A DNA stretch of 63,868 bases, the filler included, from Octopus bimaculoides (Eukaryota): NCBI RefSeq assembly GCF_001194135.2. It is 5 parts of 5 records of this genome, joined end to end, with 100 filler letters (N's around TTAATTAATTAA, not from the genome) between each part and the next. Parts side by side here need not be neighbours in the genome. Positions count along the whole stretch, not along the records: positions 51,485 to 57,730 come from NC_068982.1; positions 57,831 to 63,868 come from NC_068996.1; 3 more parts are not named here. One strand, 5' to 3'. The notes beneath the pieces were generated by a model that worked only from the letters and a program-made list of their open reading frames with translations, had not been told where the DNA came from and made no database searches. The position numbers and the translations under genes are program-made. Below, piece by piece: positions 51,385 to 63,868 of this stretch (positions are counted from its first letter, which is position 1; every line of letters starts with the position of its first letter).

Positions 51385-52371
51385 NNNNNNNNNNNNNNNN
51401 NNNNNNNNNNNNNNNNNNNNNNNNNNNNTTAATTAATTAANNNNNNNNNNNNNNNNNNNNNNNNNNNNNNNNNNNNNNNNNNNNAACTCGGATAGCCACA
51501 TAAAAGCACCAACCTCATAAGATATTCAGGAATTGTGAGCGGCAGATTATGTTTATATATATATATATATATATATACGTATATAAACATATTTATTCAC
51601 ATATCTTTAAATATATGTTCCATGCTTTTGCTGAATATGTTTTAGGTGGCTTCTGGTAGATTTCAGGCATAGTGGCATTCTCGGCCGCACCGGTTGGTCT
51701 ACGAAAACATGAAGGATAAAAAATCTGGAGTGAGCGTAGGCTGCATCAACACAAGACTTGTACTCATTTCAGCTGAGTAGGAAAGGGTAATCTGAAATAG
51801 TGCACCTTGCTCAAAAACAACGAGCTGCACATTTCTGACTGTTTTCGGTTGAACGATGTAATTAATTGCATAGATTAAACGCCTTAACTTGCAAGTCTTT
51901 CTGTATCTTTAAAATATTTGCAAATTGCACCATAAGAAGGAATTAATATGACAATCTCATCTATATCACTAAAGGAAAAGACACAAATATATAAGGTGGT
52001 GTTAAAATCTTCATGATCTACTTAGTCCATATACTGATGTCTAATAAACTTGATAGGATTAATTCTGTAAGGATTCACGTTGATAGCTTCGAACGGAAAC
52101 ATCAGAATATAACATGGTGTTCTTCACAATAACAGGATTTCTAGAATGTGTAAGTTCGTGAGGTTGTATTATTAGATGTTGTAAGAAATGATGTGGTCTT
52201 TAATTAGAATCACATATGAATGTGGGAAATGATGGAAAGTTTATTATTAGGTTCCTATTATAATATATTTCATCCATTTTCAGAACAGAGGAAGTAGTAC
52301 ATGACACTTTTGTGCTTTCCTTTACAGGTAAGTAGATAGGTCTTCTCTCCCTGTCTCTGTCACTCTTTCTT

Positions 52372-52449
<78 letters not shown>

Positions 52450-52484
52450 CGTGTGTGTGTGTGTGTGTGTATGTGTGTGTGTGT

Positions 52485-52523
<39 letters not shown>

Positions 52524-53370
52524 CATGTATATATGTATACATATATATATATGTACCNNNNNNNNNNNNNNNNNNNNNNNNNNNNNNNNNNNNNNNNNNN
52601 NNNNNNNNNNNNNNNNNNNNNNNNNNNNNNNNNNNNNNNNNNNNNNNNNNNNNNNNNNNNNNNNNNNNNNNNNNNNNNNNNNNNNNNNNNNNNNNNNNNN
52701 NNNNNNNNNNNNNNNNNNNNNNNNNNNNNNNNNNNNNNNNNNNNNNNNNNNNNNNNNNNNNNNNNNNNNNNNNNNNNNNNNNNNNNNNNNNNNNNNNNNN
52801 NNNNNNNNNNNNNNNNNNNNNNNNNNNNNNNNNNNNNNNTGTGTGTATACACACACACATTTATATACATATACATATACGTATACTTGCGTACTTGTTT
52901 ATGCATCTCCATTGATAGAAACGTTCTTTATAAAGCTACATACGGGGTTCTATATTCGCAATATGAATCAGCCGCCTCTGTATACAATGAAAGCACCCTT
53001 ATAAACAATAAACATAGAGAAGAGCATAGACTTGCCTACCCGAAACTATTCCAAATGGTGATAAGCTACTACCGAATATTCGTTGCATTCATTCAAAATA
53101 AAATTCATAGAACGGCATTTTGATGAACAAAACTCAGTGGAAGCGATCCGTGTGGAGGGAATAAATGTACATTTGTCGCACTCTGAGCATGTCATAAAAA
53201 AATATTTGTTTCAGATTCGGCTCACAAACGGGACAATGCGCACAAGTAAATTATCCAATCAAAAGTGTAGATATACCTACAAATTTACAAGGTGTATTAT
53301 AAAGAATGAATTAAGTATTGTATACCTTACGTAGCAAGAACTGCTTGCAAATATTTAAAAATACAATATA

Positions 53371-53439
<69 letters not shown>

Positions 53440-53523
53440 NNNNNNNNNNNNNNNNNNNNNNNNNNNNNNNNNNNNNNNNNNNNNNNNNNNNNNNNNNNNN
53501 NNNNNNNNNNNNNNNNNNNNNNN

Positions 53524-53572
<49 letters not shown>

Positions 53573-54582
53573 TGTGTGTGTATTTATTTCCTTTAGAACT
53601 ACATTAACTGTCAACAAAAATAGAATATTAACATTACAATAAAACTACAGAATGAAATATCGGTAATTTGTAGATTAATCAGGTTTATTTTTTCTATATA
53701 TGTTAGATTCTTTTAACATTTTAGAGTATGCGGCACTAGTGAGCTAATATCAAATTAAACTTCCGTGAATGCTTCATGCCACCATGTTCATAAATTTCTA
53801 TTGCATACAACTGTGGTTTCTTAAAAAACGCGAAGTAACTTACATGAATATATACATATGTGAAAGTTACACTGGTGATATCATCCGTCTCATTAAGCAT
53901 TAAAATATTATTATAGAATTTCTGAGATATGATGATGTGGAATAGAACATTGTACAATCAAATCCATAGAAAATATAATCTTGTGATATAAATGGCATAA
54001 TAAGTGACAAGAAAATATATCAAGACTTCCAAAAATTGAAGATATAACAAGCCAGATAAAATGATCAGTGAGTAAGAAAATAAATGCACAGTAGTTGAAT
54101 CGTTTGCTCAGAACTTGTTAACATAAAGTTAATAAGTAATGAAAAGGGAAATATCTATCATTAACCTATAATTACAGGAATACTCGCACGCGCAGTAGAA
54201 CCAATCTTTAGAAACTGCTTTTCAAAGAATCAGAAAATGCGTTTAATAAGAGTTCACCCTCTGTCAAAACATAGAAAGACTTTTAACCTGCAATAAGAAC
54301 ATATGGAATTCAATGTGTCTGAGAGGGAGTGAGTGCATTCCATACCTTTTCTCTTTTACTTGTCTCAGTCATTTGACTGCGGTCATGCTGGAACGGTGTC
54401 TTCATTGGTTTTAATCGAAGAAAATTGACCCTTGGACTTATAATTTTTCTAAGCCTAATACTTATTCTAAAAGTCTCCTTTGCCGAACCGCCAAGTTACG
54501 GGGACGTAACACACCAGCACCAGTCGTCAAGCGGTGATGGGCCACAAACGCAGATACAAAGACAGATACACACATCGATATA

Positions 54583-54643
<61 letters not shown>

Positions 54644-56759
54644 CAGTTTCCGTCTACCAAATTAACTCACAAGGTTTGGTCGGCCCTAGTAGGAGACATT
54701 TATTTGCCCAAGGTGTCACGCTATGGGACTGAACCCGAAACCATGTCATTGGAAAACAAGCCTCTTACCACACTGCCACGCCTGCGTCTATGTAAATATT
54801 TAAATGCAGTGTTCACATTGAATAGAATATAGATGAACTAATATAACAACTAGAAACGGAGTGACATTTTGTAGTACTTCCATTTTGAACGTAAAAATTA
54901 TACAGTTGACTTTGATATTTTAAATAGGTCGTACACGCAAGTATGAACTCATGTATTTAGAAAACATTACTGTATGTTTGAAATATTGGCATAGAAAATA
55001 TCAGCAATTTTGTTGCTACACCTCCATATAAAGAATCCGCACGATGAGGTAGTGGTATAAGAGCTTACAGCAAGACAAACCTCTACATACACACATGCAC
55101 ACACACATACTCATACATAGGAAAGTGAACAACACTTATACGCTTCTTATTCTTCTTCCTCTTTTTCTTTGACATAATCATACGCTTCCAAAATCGACGG
55201 TCCATAAAGTGATAGCCTCTATGTAGCACTTGTGAAGCCATTCTGACCATTGGTTTCTATTCTTAGCAAGGTTACCAGCATCCCTAAATCTAGCATTGGA
55301 GATGGTTACAATCCTTTGCATATTTATATATCTATACAACTTTAACTTTTTTTTTATTCAAACGAGTAATCATCGGTTTATATCAAAACATGTCTGAACC
55401 GAAGTAATATCTTGGAATATAAGTGCTATATACTAGGTTTGAGAATTAACAATAAATATAAGTAAAATATGTAATGTATTATTGAAGAGATTCATATTCT
55501 TTTAATATGCTAGGCACAAGGCCCAAACATTTTGAGAATAGGGCCAGTCGATTAGATCGACCCCAATACGCAACTGTTACTTAATTCACCGACCCCGAAA
55601 AGATGAAAGGCCAAGTTGACTTCGACGGAATTTGAACTCGGAAGGTAAAGACATACAAAATACCGTTAAGAATTTCGCCCGGCATGCTAACTTTTCTGCC
55701 AGCTCGCCGCCTTGAGAAATACATAATATATTAAATGAAATGTACGAGAACGTATAATGTGATATAATATTAGTTGAGTCGAATAATTCGTTATTAATTT
55801 CATAATTCTCCGTATCATGCATTGGTTTTCGGAAATATACTGAAGTGATTCACTTTCAATTGCTCTATGTATCAGATTTATATAGTTGTAATCCCAAAGT
55901 AAAACTTACCAGGCCAGTACATGAGTATAAACGTTTATTTATACATTATAACAGTTATATATTTATATATTATAATGGTGTTTATATATTAAACGTTTAT
56001 AGCTGCATAGACATACACCTAACTTCGGATCTGTATTTTTTATTGAAAAAAAAAAAAAATCAGTAACACAAAAATGAGAAGAAAATGTTATTTAGAGGAA
56101 TAACATAATATACTTTCGGTGCTGAGTATTTTGTCATTGTTTTTCGTTTTCAGCAATCAAATTTAATATGCACTCTGGCATATTCTTTATTGAAATTCGA
56201 CGGAAATACACCAGAAGGAATTACTAGCAACCATTTGAAAACGAAGTTAACAGGGGGAAAAACACTAAGAAATTAATAATTTTGAGAACTATATAACAAA
56301 TATAACACAAACAAAAACAAAAAGAACAACAAAAAACAATAGAAAAATATTCTCAAGTCAGAATAGAAACTCATAAAAATGAAACTTATTGACTGAAACT
56401 GAATAGAGATTTATTCATTTCAATTCATCGCAAATTATCGTTCCAGTATTTTCAAATCATCAAAGAGAAAAAAAAGATGTCATGGTAAAATAATGGAATA
56501 AGTGTACGTTGCGGCCTCAAATTTATGAGTGCAATGCAAGATTCTTCAAAGAATGTAGTTCGTGTTCATCTAATGCATTATTCAAGTATATTACGTAAAA
56601 AACACATAAACATAAAAGCTTGAGAGTATATGAATGAATATATGTGTGCGTACGGATGTATATGCGTGTGTGTATATACTATGCTTGTGTATAGATTTAT
56701 ATATATGAATATATATGCATCCGTTTATATGAATATATATATATACACATACATAGATA

Positions 56760-56796
<37 letters not shown>

Positions 56797-57586
56797 NNNN
56801 NNNNNNNNNNNNNNNNNNNNNNNNNNNNNNNNNNNNNNNNNNNNNNNNNNNNNNNNNNNNNNNNNNNNNNNNNNNNNNNNNNNNNNNNNNNNNNNNNNNN
56901 NNNNNNNNNNNNNNNNNNNNNNNNNNNNNNNNNNNNNNNNNNNNNNNNNNNNNNNNNNNNNNNNNNNNNNNNNNNNNNNNNNNNNNNNNNNNNNNNNNNN
57001 NNNNNNNNNNNNNNNNNNNNNNNNNNNNNNNNNNNNNNNNNNNNNNNNNNNNNNNNNNNNNNNNNNNNNNNNNNNNNNNNNNNNNNNNNNNNNNNNNNNN
57101 NNNNNNNNNNNNNNNNNNNNNNATATATATATATATATATATATACATATTATACATATACATACACATTTATATTTGACATTGGAATATATTGACATAT
57201 ACATACATAAACGCATTTGTGCAGAAGTTTGACTGTGAAAATAGACACAAACACACGCATACAGACACACTTAGAAACACTTACAGACATATATGCATAC
57301 ACAAATATGCAATAAGAGAAGTCTATTCATAAGCAATGCTATACATGTGTGCAGGTAGATACACAAAGACAATTAATATAGATGTAGAAATCAGTTCTTC
57401 ATTCTACTCAGGTAAATAGTCTAGTTTTGTCTAAAATAGCGGAATTGTATACATACCTATATACATTACGTTTGCGTGTGCTTGTATGCGTATGTGTGTG
57501 TGTACTTGTCTGCATGTGTGGTATGAATGTAGACACCATACATCGATGGATATTTAGTAGCCGTATGTATGTATAGACGCACACAC

Positions 57587-57635
<49 letters not shown>

Positions 57636-57830
57636 CATATGTATGTGTATGTATATGTATATGTAATAAATATATCTGCATATATACAAGAGTACATCTA
57701 TATGCACATATATGTACTTATATATATATANNNNNNNNNNNNNNNNNNNNNNNNNNNNNNNNNNNNNNNNNNNNTTAATTAATTAANNNNNNNNNNNNNN
57801 NNNNNNNNNNNNNNNNNNNNNNNNNNNNNN

Positions 57831-57884
<54 letters not shown>

Positions 57885-59235
57885 TGTGTGTGTGTGTGTG
57901 TATGCGTGTGTGTGTATATATATATACGCACACACGTATATACGGATATATATATGTATATATATATGCATATATATATATATATATGGATATATATATA
58001 TATAGAGAGAGAGAGAGATATATATGTATATATGTGTGTATATGTATATGGATGCATACATACATACAAACATACATACATACATGTTTATATTTGTGTG
58101 TGTGTCTGTGTTTGTACCCCCACCATTGCCTGACAACCGATGTTGCTATGTTTACGTTCCCATAACTTAACGGTTCGGCAAAACAAGTACTAGGCTTACA
58201 AAGAATAAATCCTGTGGTCGATGTGTATATGTATATGGATGCATACATACATACAAACATACATACATACATGTTTATATTTGTGTGTGTGTCTGTGTTT
58301 GTACCCCCNNNNNNNNNNNNNNNNNNNNNNNNNNNNNNNNNNNNNNNNNNNNNNNNNNNNNNNNNNNNNNNNNNNNNNNNNNNNNNNNNNNNNNNNNNNN
58401 NNNNNNNNNNNNNNNNNNNNNNNNNNNNNNNNNNNNNNNNNNNNNNNNNNNNNNNNNNNNNNNNNNNNNNNNNNNNNNNNNNNNNNNNNNNNNNNNNNNN
58501 NNNNNNNNNNNNNNNNNNNNNNNNNNNNNNNNNNNNNNNNNNNNNNNNNNNNNNNNNNNNNNNNNNNNNNNNNNNNNNNNNNNNNNNNNNNNNNNNNNNN
58601 NNNNNNNNNNNNNNNNNNNNNNNNNNNNNNNNNNNNNNNNNNNNNNNNNNNNNNNNNNNNNNATATATGTATATTTGTATATGTATACGTACGTATTTGC
58701 ATATATACAAATTTTCATAACTTTATCTATACCTCATAAACGAATATTCCATTCTTTTATTAACTATAAACTTACCTCATTCATATTTAAATTTCCTCTA
58801 TCATCTCTATTTAATTTATTACTTTATTGTTCTAATTCTATTTGCCAACTCTATCTTCAATCTATATGTAAAGTCCTCACCCCAACATAAACCGTATCAT
58901 TCAGTCTGCTATTATGAATCCATAAATACATATAAAACATCCAAGGACACATATTATACCTAAATCATATAAATGTAAATTTAGTATTTACTTAATATTT
59001 ACTGAGTATTAATTGAAACAGCTGTAAGGGATGATGATTAATTTGCTGTTAATAACAAACGATTATTAACTTCCAAATCTCCATTTCCTTTTCTTCTTTT
59101 AAATGAATATAAACTATAAGTTTTTATATATATACGTATTATTTTAAGGAAATTAATTCCCCGCAAACCAGTATTTCCTTGGATGAAATCATCCCTTCAT
59201 GAGGTTAACACAACCTTTAATCGAGGTATATATAT

Positions 59236-59275
<40 letters not shown>

Positions 59276-59285
59276 NNNNNNNNNN

Positions 59286-59320
<35 letters not shown>

Positions 59321-59707
59321 ACGTGATCCAGCATGGCCGCAGCCAAATGACTGAAACAAGTAAAAGAATTAAGAGAACGTGTGTGTATGTATTTGTGTAA
59401 CATGATAAAAGTTTTTCAAATCATTAACGATATAAAACGCAAGCGGCCACTGATCTAAGAAGAAAGTGTTGTTTTAGATTGTTAATAATTTAAAACTATG
59501 CAACTTTCGTAAGAGCAAAGATTACAGATCGCATCCCGAAATTAATGATCATGTTTTGCAGCTTCTGCGAGTTCGAAATCCTGTAATCAGAGGTGGCCGC
59601 GACGCAGCCTTACTCATGTATGTATGTATGTATGTATGTATGTATGAATGTATGTATGTATGTATGTATGTATGTATGTATGTATGTATGTATGTATGTA
59701 TGTATGT

Positions 59708-60215
59708 GTGAGACATGGACTCTCTACAAATGTCAGGTAAGGGTCCTTGAACGCTTTCATCAGAGATGTCTCAGAGACATTCTGAATGTTGGCTGGACCT
59801 CAAAAAATCCAGACACACAAGTCCTGAGGACAGCTGATATCTTGAGTATTGAGACAATGATGCACATGCAACGGTTACGTTGGACTGGACACCTTATTAG
59901 AATGAAGGATAGCAGGATTCCTGAGCAGATGCTCTATGGAGAACTTGTGAATGGAAGGAGACTCCGGCAGAAACCAAGGCTGCGCTTTAAGGACTGTATC
60001 AAGTCCTCATTAAAGGCCTGTGATATGCAGGACACTGACTGGGAGAACAATGCCTGTCATCGCCACGGATGGAGGAAACAGGTTAAGGAGGGGATCGACA
60101 CTTTTGAGAGAGCACGTATCCAGCATGAAGAACTAAAGCGAGCTGCGCGAAAGCGCACGGCTCATATAGTGAATGGGGAAAGCTTAATCTGCAATGTTTG
60201 CAGTTGTGTATGCTT
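59708..60215 (+). mobile_element. RTE (BovB-like) LINE, RT C-terminal fragment
   Basis: CETWTLYKCQVRVLERFHQRCLRDIL...RLRWTGHLIRMKDSRIPEQMLYGEL...RFKDCIKSSLK. Confidence 0.9.
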
Positions 60216-60773
60216 NNNNNNNNNNNNNNNNNNNNNNNNNNNNNNNNNNNNNNNNNNNNNNNNNNNNNNNNNNNNNNNNNNNNNNNNNNNNNNNNNNNNN
60301 NNNNNNNNNNNNNNNNNNNNNNNNNNNNNNNNNNNNNNNNNNNNNNNNNNNNNNNNNNNNNNNNNNNNNNNNNNNNNNNNNNNNNNNNNNNNNNNNNNNN
60401 NNNNNNNNNNNNNNNNNNNNNNNNNNNNNNNNNNNNNNNNNNNNNNNNNNNNNNNNNNNNNNNNNNNNNNNNNNNNNNNNNNNNNNNNNNNNNNNNNNNN
60501 NNNNNNNNNNNNNNNNNNNNNNNNNNNNNNNNNNNNNNNNNNNNNNNNNNNNNNNNNNNNNNNNNNNNNNNNNNNNNNNNNNNNNNNNNNNNNNNNNNNN
60601 NNNNNNNNNNNNNNNNNNNNNNNNNNNNNNNNNNNNNNNNNNNNATGCATGCATACATGTATGTATGTATGTATGTACGTATGTACGTATGTATGTATGT
60701 ATGTATGTATGTATGCATGCATGCATGCATGCATGTATGCATGTATGTATGTATGTATGTATGTCTGTGTGTA

Positions 60774-60856
<83 letters not shown>

Positions 60857-62391
60857 ATCTATCTATCTTGATCGAAGTGTACAATATTATATTTCCATTA
60901 CGTCCAACCTTACCAATTGGCTTCGTACAAGGGGTCCAACGAGGTGTTAGGTAGCAGCCCGATTTTGCAACCGTGTTCTCTGAAGAGTGCATGGTAACAT
61001 AATCGGATTCTTACCTAACACATCGTTGTATCTTAGTGCGAAACCGATTGATAATGGATGTAATGGATATATAATACTGTACACTTCGATAAATATACCC
61101 ACTGTATTGACAAATATAACAACTCATCAGTTATCGGTTCGAGGGTCAAACGCAGTTTCGCGCCTTTACGATATATACGTATATATACAGCTCTGAGTTA
61201 ATTCGTTGGTGCAGCCATGATGTTCTGGTTATCTGTTGAGCTAGCTTTCTTTATTTGCATTACAATTTTATTGTATAACGTTGAGTATGCATATTAAGGT
61301 ACACAAGTAAGCATAATCTATTCCATATTGGAATTAATACCATGTGAAGTTTGCGAAACGCCCGTAATCCAAAGGATATCAAATGGTTAAATAAGTATAT
61401 ATTCACTTCTGACACTTCCTTATTTTTATGGTTTATATATATTTGTATGTGTGCGCGAGTGCATGATAGGCTTCTTTCGGTTTCCGCCGACCAAATCCAT
61501 TCACGGGGCTATAATAGAAAACACTTGCTCAAGGTTCCTCACAGTGGCACTGAACCAAAGACCTTATGGTTGGGAAGCACAAGACCATGTCTGCGCCTAT
61601 ATTTACAACGATTTATTTTTATACTCCGTTTTCTAACGCCATGTTTCCTGGGGCATGAGATTCACTGAGGTATGAAAATAACACCCACTTTTCTTTTGCA
61701 AAAATATTTCGTTTGGAATGTTTTTTAGTGGAATGTAATTTTCTACAGAGTATAATTTTTTATTGCGGTAACAAACTTGTCAAATTAACTGCAGGAGATA
61801 TTTTAAGAGAATTTTTATCTTTATTATAAATTTTTTGATCATTAAAACTTAGTGAATGAGCTGGTTATATTAAAAATTTCTATAATCTTCTTATATAATA
61901 AAACGCAAAGTATGTTGCTGTCAATGACGCTGTAGGCAACGAAGAATAAAATAAGAAGTGAAGTGGGAGTGGGTGAAAGTGAGAGATTCTAAAGCAGGCG
62001 GATAACATTTAAAGGCTTTGCTCCGACGAAGACGCTAGGGAAAGAAGAGTAAAGCAAGAGATGGAGTAGCAGTGAGTGTCGACCAGAGGCGGCTAACTGC
62101 AGGCTAACTGTAGTGAGCTCCGAGTTTGCCAGTATTTTATTGAAAAGGAAATTAAATTTTTATCGTAAATTATATTTATCAGTTTCACCGCCCCCCACAC
62201 ACACAGAGGGTCTGTCTGTCTCTCTCTCTCACACACACACAAAGAGGCATATATGTTAACATACAATAAAATAGTTTCATCGATGTAAAAAATGTAAACA
62301 AACATACGTTCGCACACATACATTCATGCATTCACACACGCATATGTATGCACATGCATAGATGTACATACAAATAATGCGTGTGTACGAG

Positions 62392-62426
<35 letters not shown>

Positions 62427-63060
62427 NNNNNNNNNNNNNNNNNNNNNNNNNNNNNNNNNNNNNNNNNNNNNNNNNNNNNNNNNNNNNNNNNNNNNNNNNN
62501 NNNNNNNNNNNNNNNNNNNNNNNNNNNNNNNNNNNNNNNNNNNNNNNNNNNNNNNNNNNNNNNNNNNNNNNNNNNNNNNNNNNNNNNNNNNNNNNNNNNN
62601 NNNNNNNNNNNNNNNNNNNNNNNNNNNNNNNNNNNNNNNNNNNNNNNNNNNNNNNNNNNNNNNNNNNNNNNNNNNNNNNNNNNNNNNNNNNNNNNNNNNN
62701 NNNNNNNNNNNNNNNNNNNNNNNNNNNNNNNNNNNNNNNNNNNNNNNNNNNNNNNNNNNNNNNNNNNNNNNNNNNNNNNNNNNNNNNNNNNNNNNNNNNN
62801 NNNNNNNNNNNNNNNNNNNNNNNNNNNNNNNNNNNNNNNNNNNNNNNNNNNNNNNNNNNNNNNNNNNNNNNNNNNNNNNNNNNNNNNNNNNNNNNNNNNN
62901 NNNNNNNNNNNNNNNNNNNNNNNNNNNNNNNNNNNNNNNNNNNNNNNNNNNNNNNNNNNNNNNNNNNNNNNNNNNNNNNNNNNNNNNNNNNNNNNNNNNN
63001 NNNNNNNNNNNNNNNNNNNNNNNNNNNNNNNNNNNNNNNNNNNNNNNNNNNNNNNNNNNN

Positions 63061-63091
<31 letters not shown>

Positions 63092-63590
63092 TTTATACAA
63101 AGAGAGAGAGACAGAGAGAGAAAAGAGAGAGAAAGAGAGAGAAAAAAGAGAGAAAGAGAGATGTGTGAGTGTATGTCTATATGTATGGACGTATGTACGT
63201 ATGTATATATATGTATACTTGTATGTATTTATATGTGCACACGTGTACACACGCACACACACAAACATACATTATGTGGGTGATATTTTCAACTGAGAGG
63301 ATTACAATTTTATTGTTCAAGTGCTTCAATTCAGCGTTGGTACATATATTTACTAGATTGCGGACATTTATTAATGGTTTCCTCCATTCTGTTGGTGTGT
63401 CGTTTTCTATCATTAACAAAACTGTTGTCATTTTTACCGACACGTGTATACTAGCAGTTATATAATGATTATAATAACTATTCTTTGTAATTTTTGGCAC
63501 AACGTCTGTAATTTTGAGTGACCCCAGTGGTCAACTGGTACGAGAGACAAATACGACTTCGGCGGAAATTGAACTCGGAACGAGACAAGT

Positions 63591-63868
63591 TTTAGCATCC
63601 AGTCCTCATAGTTTTTCAGATAGGTGTCTAGGCCAATTGTGGCTACCTTCATTGTTAATGCCAGCTGTAGAAGTCCTCGGCCTCCCTCTTTTCTTGGCAG
63701 ATAAAGACGTTCTATATCTGCCTTAGGGTGGTGCATTCTATGCATTGTCAACAGTTTTCGTATTTTTCTGTCAACATTACATATTTCAGTAATTGACCAG
63801 TTAACGATATTGAAACTGTAAGTCACGACTGGTATGGCTAGAGCATTCATCGCTTCGATCCTGTTTCT
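63591..63868 (-). mobile_element. R4/Dong-like non-LTR retrotransposon RT C-terminal fragment
   Basis: NALAIPVVTYSFNIVNW...DRKIRKLLTMHRMHHPKADIERLYLPRKEGGRGL. Confidence 0.8.

Noticed and set aside
61372-61380. ATATCCTTT on the minus strand (also GTATCCTT at about 11587 and 25572 on plus)
   Set aside because: Not at the end of a credible exon; they lie in or beside repeats and are within chance expectation.

Overview
AT-rich, microsatellite-dense animal genomic DNA from a gappy draft assembly. The SINE/LINE content and (CA)n/(TA)n density suggest an octopus (inference). Four artificial 100-nt spacers (44 N + TTAATTAATTAA + 44 N) split the window into five blocks whose adjacency cannot be trusted. 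Block 1 (1-23899) holds the last 8 exons of DNA ligase III (LIG3) on the minus strand. These splice in frame into 420 aa plus stop and cover the end of the catalytic core, the OB fold, a linker and the BRCT domain. Two features of this gene stand out: a separate 111-nt exon encoding a PBZ (poly-ADP-ribose-binding) zinc finger, and a 5.2-kb U12-type AT-AC minor intron inside the BRCT domain. Several hammerhead-ribozyme motifs of the Penelope/retrozyme type lie at 22.1-25.3 kb, one of them a complete type I fold. Block 2 contains 3-5 spliceable exons of a gene I cannot identify. The rest is transposon debris (DD36E Tc1-like, mariner, RTE, R4/Dong-like, Penelope GIY-YIG, SINEs, MITEs) and simple or tandem repeats. 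Almost all ORFs in the supplied track are repeat or N-gap artefacts.
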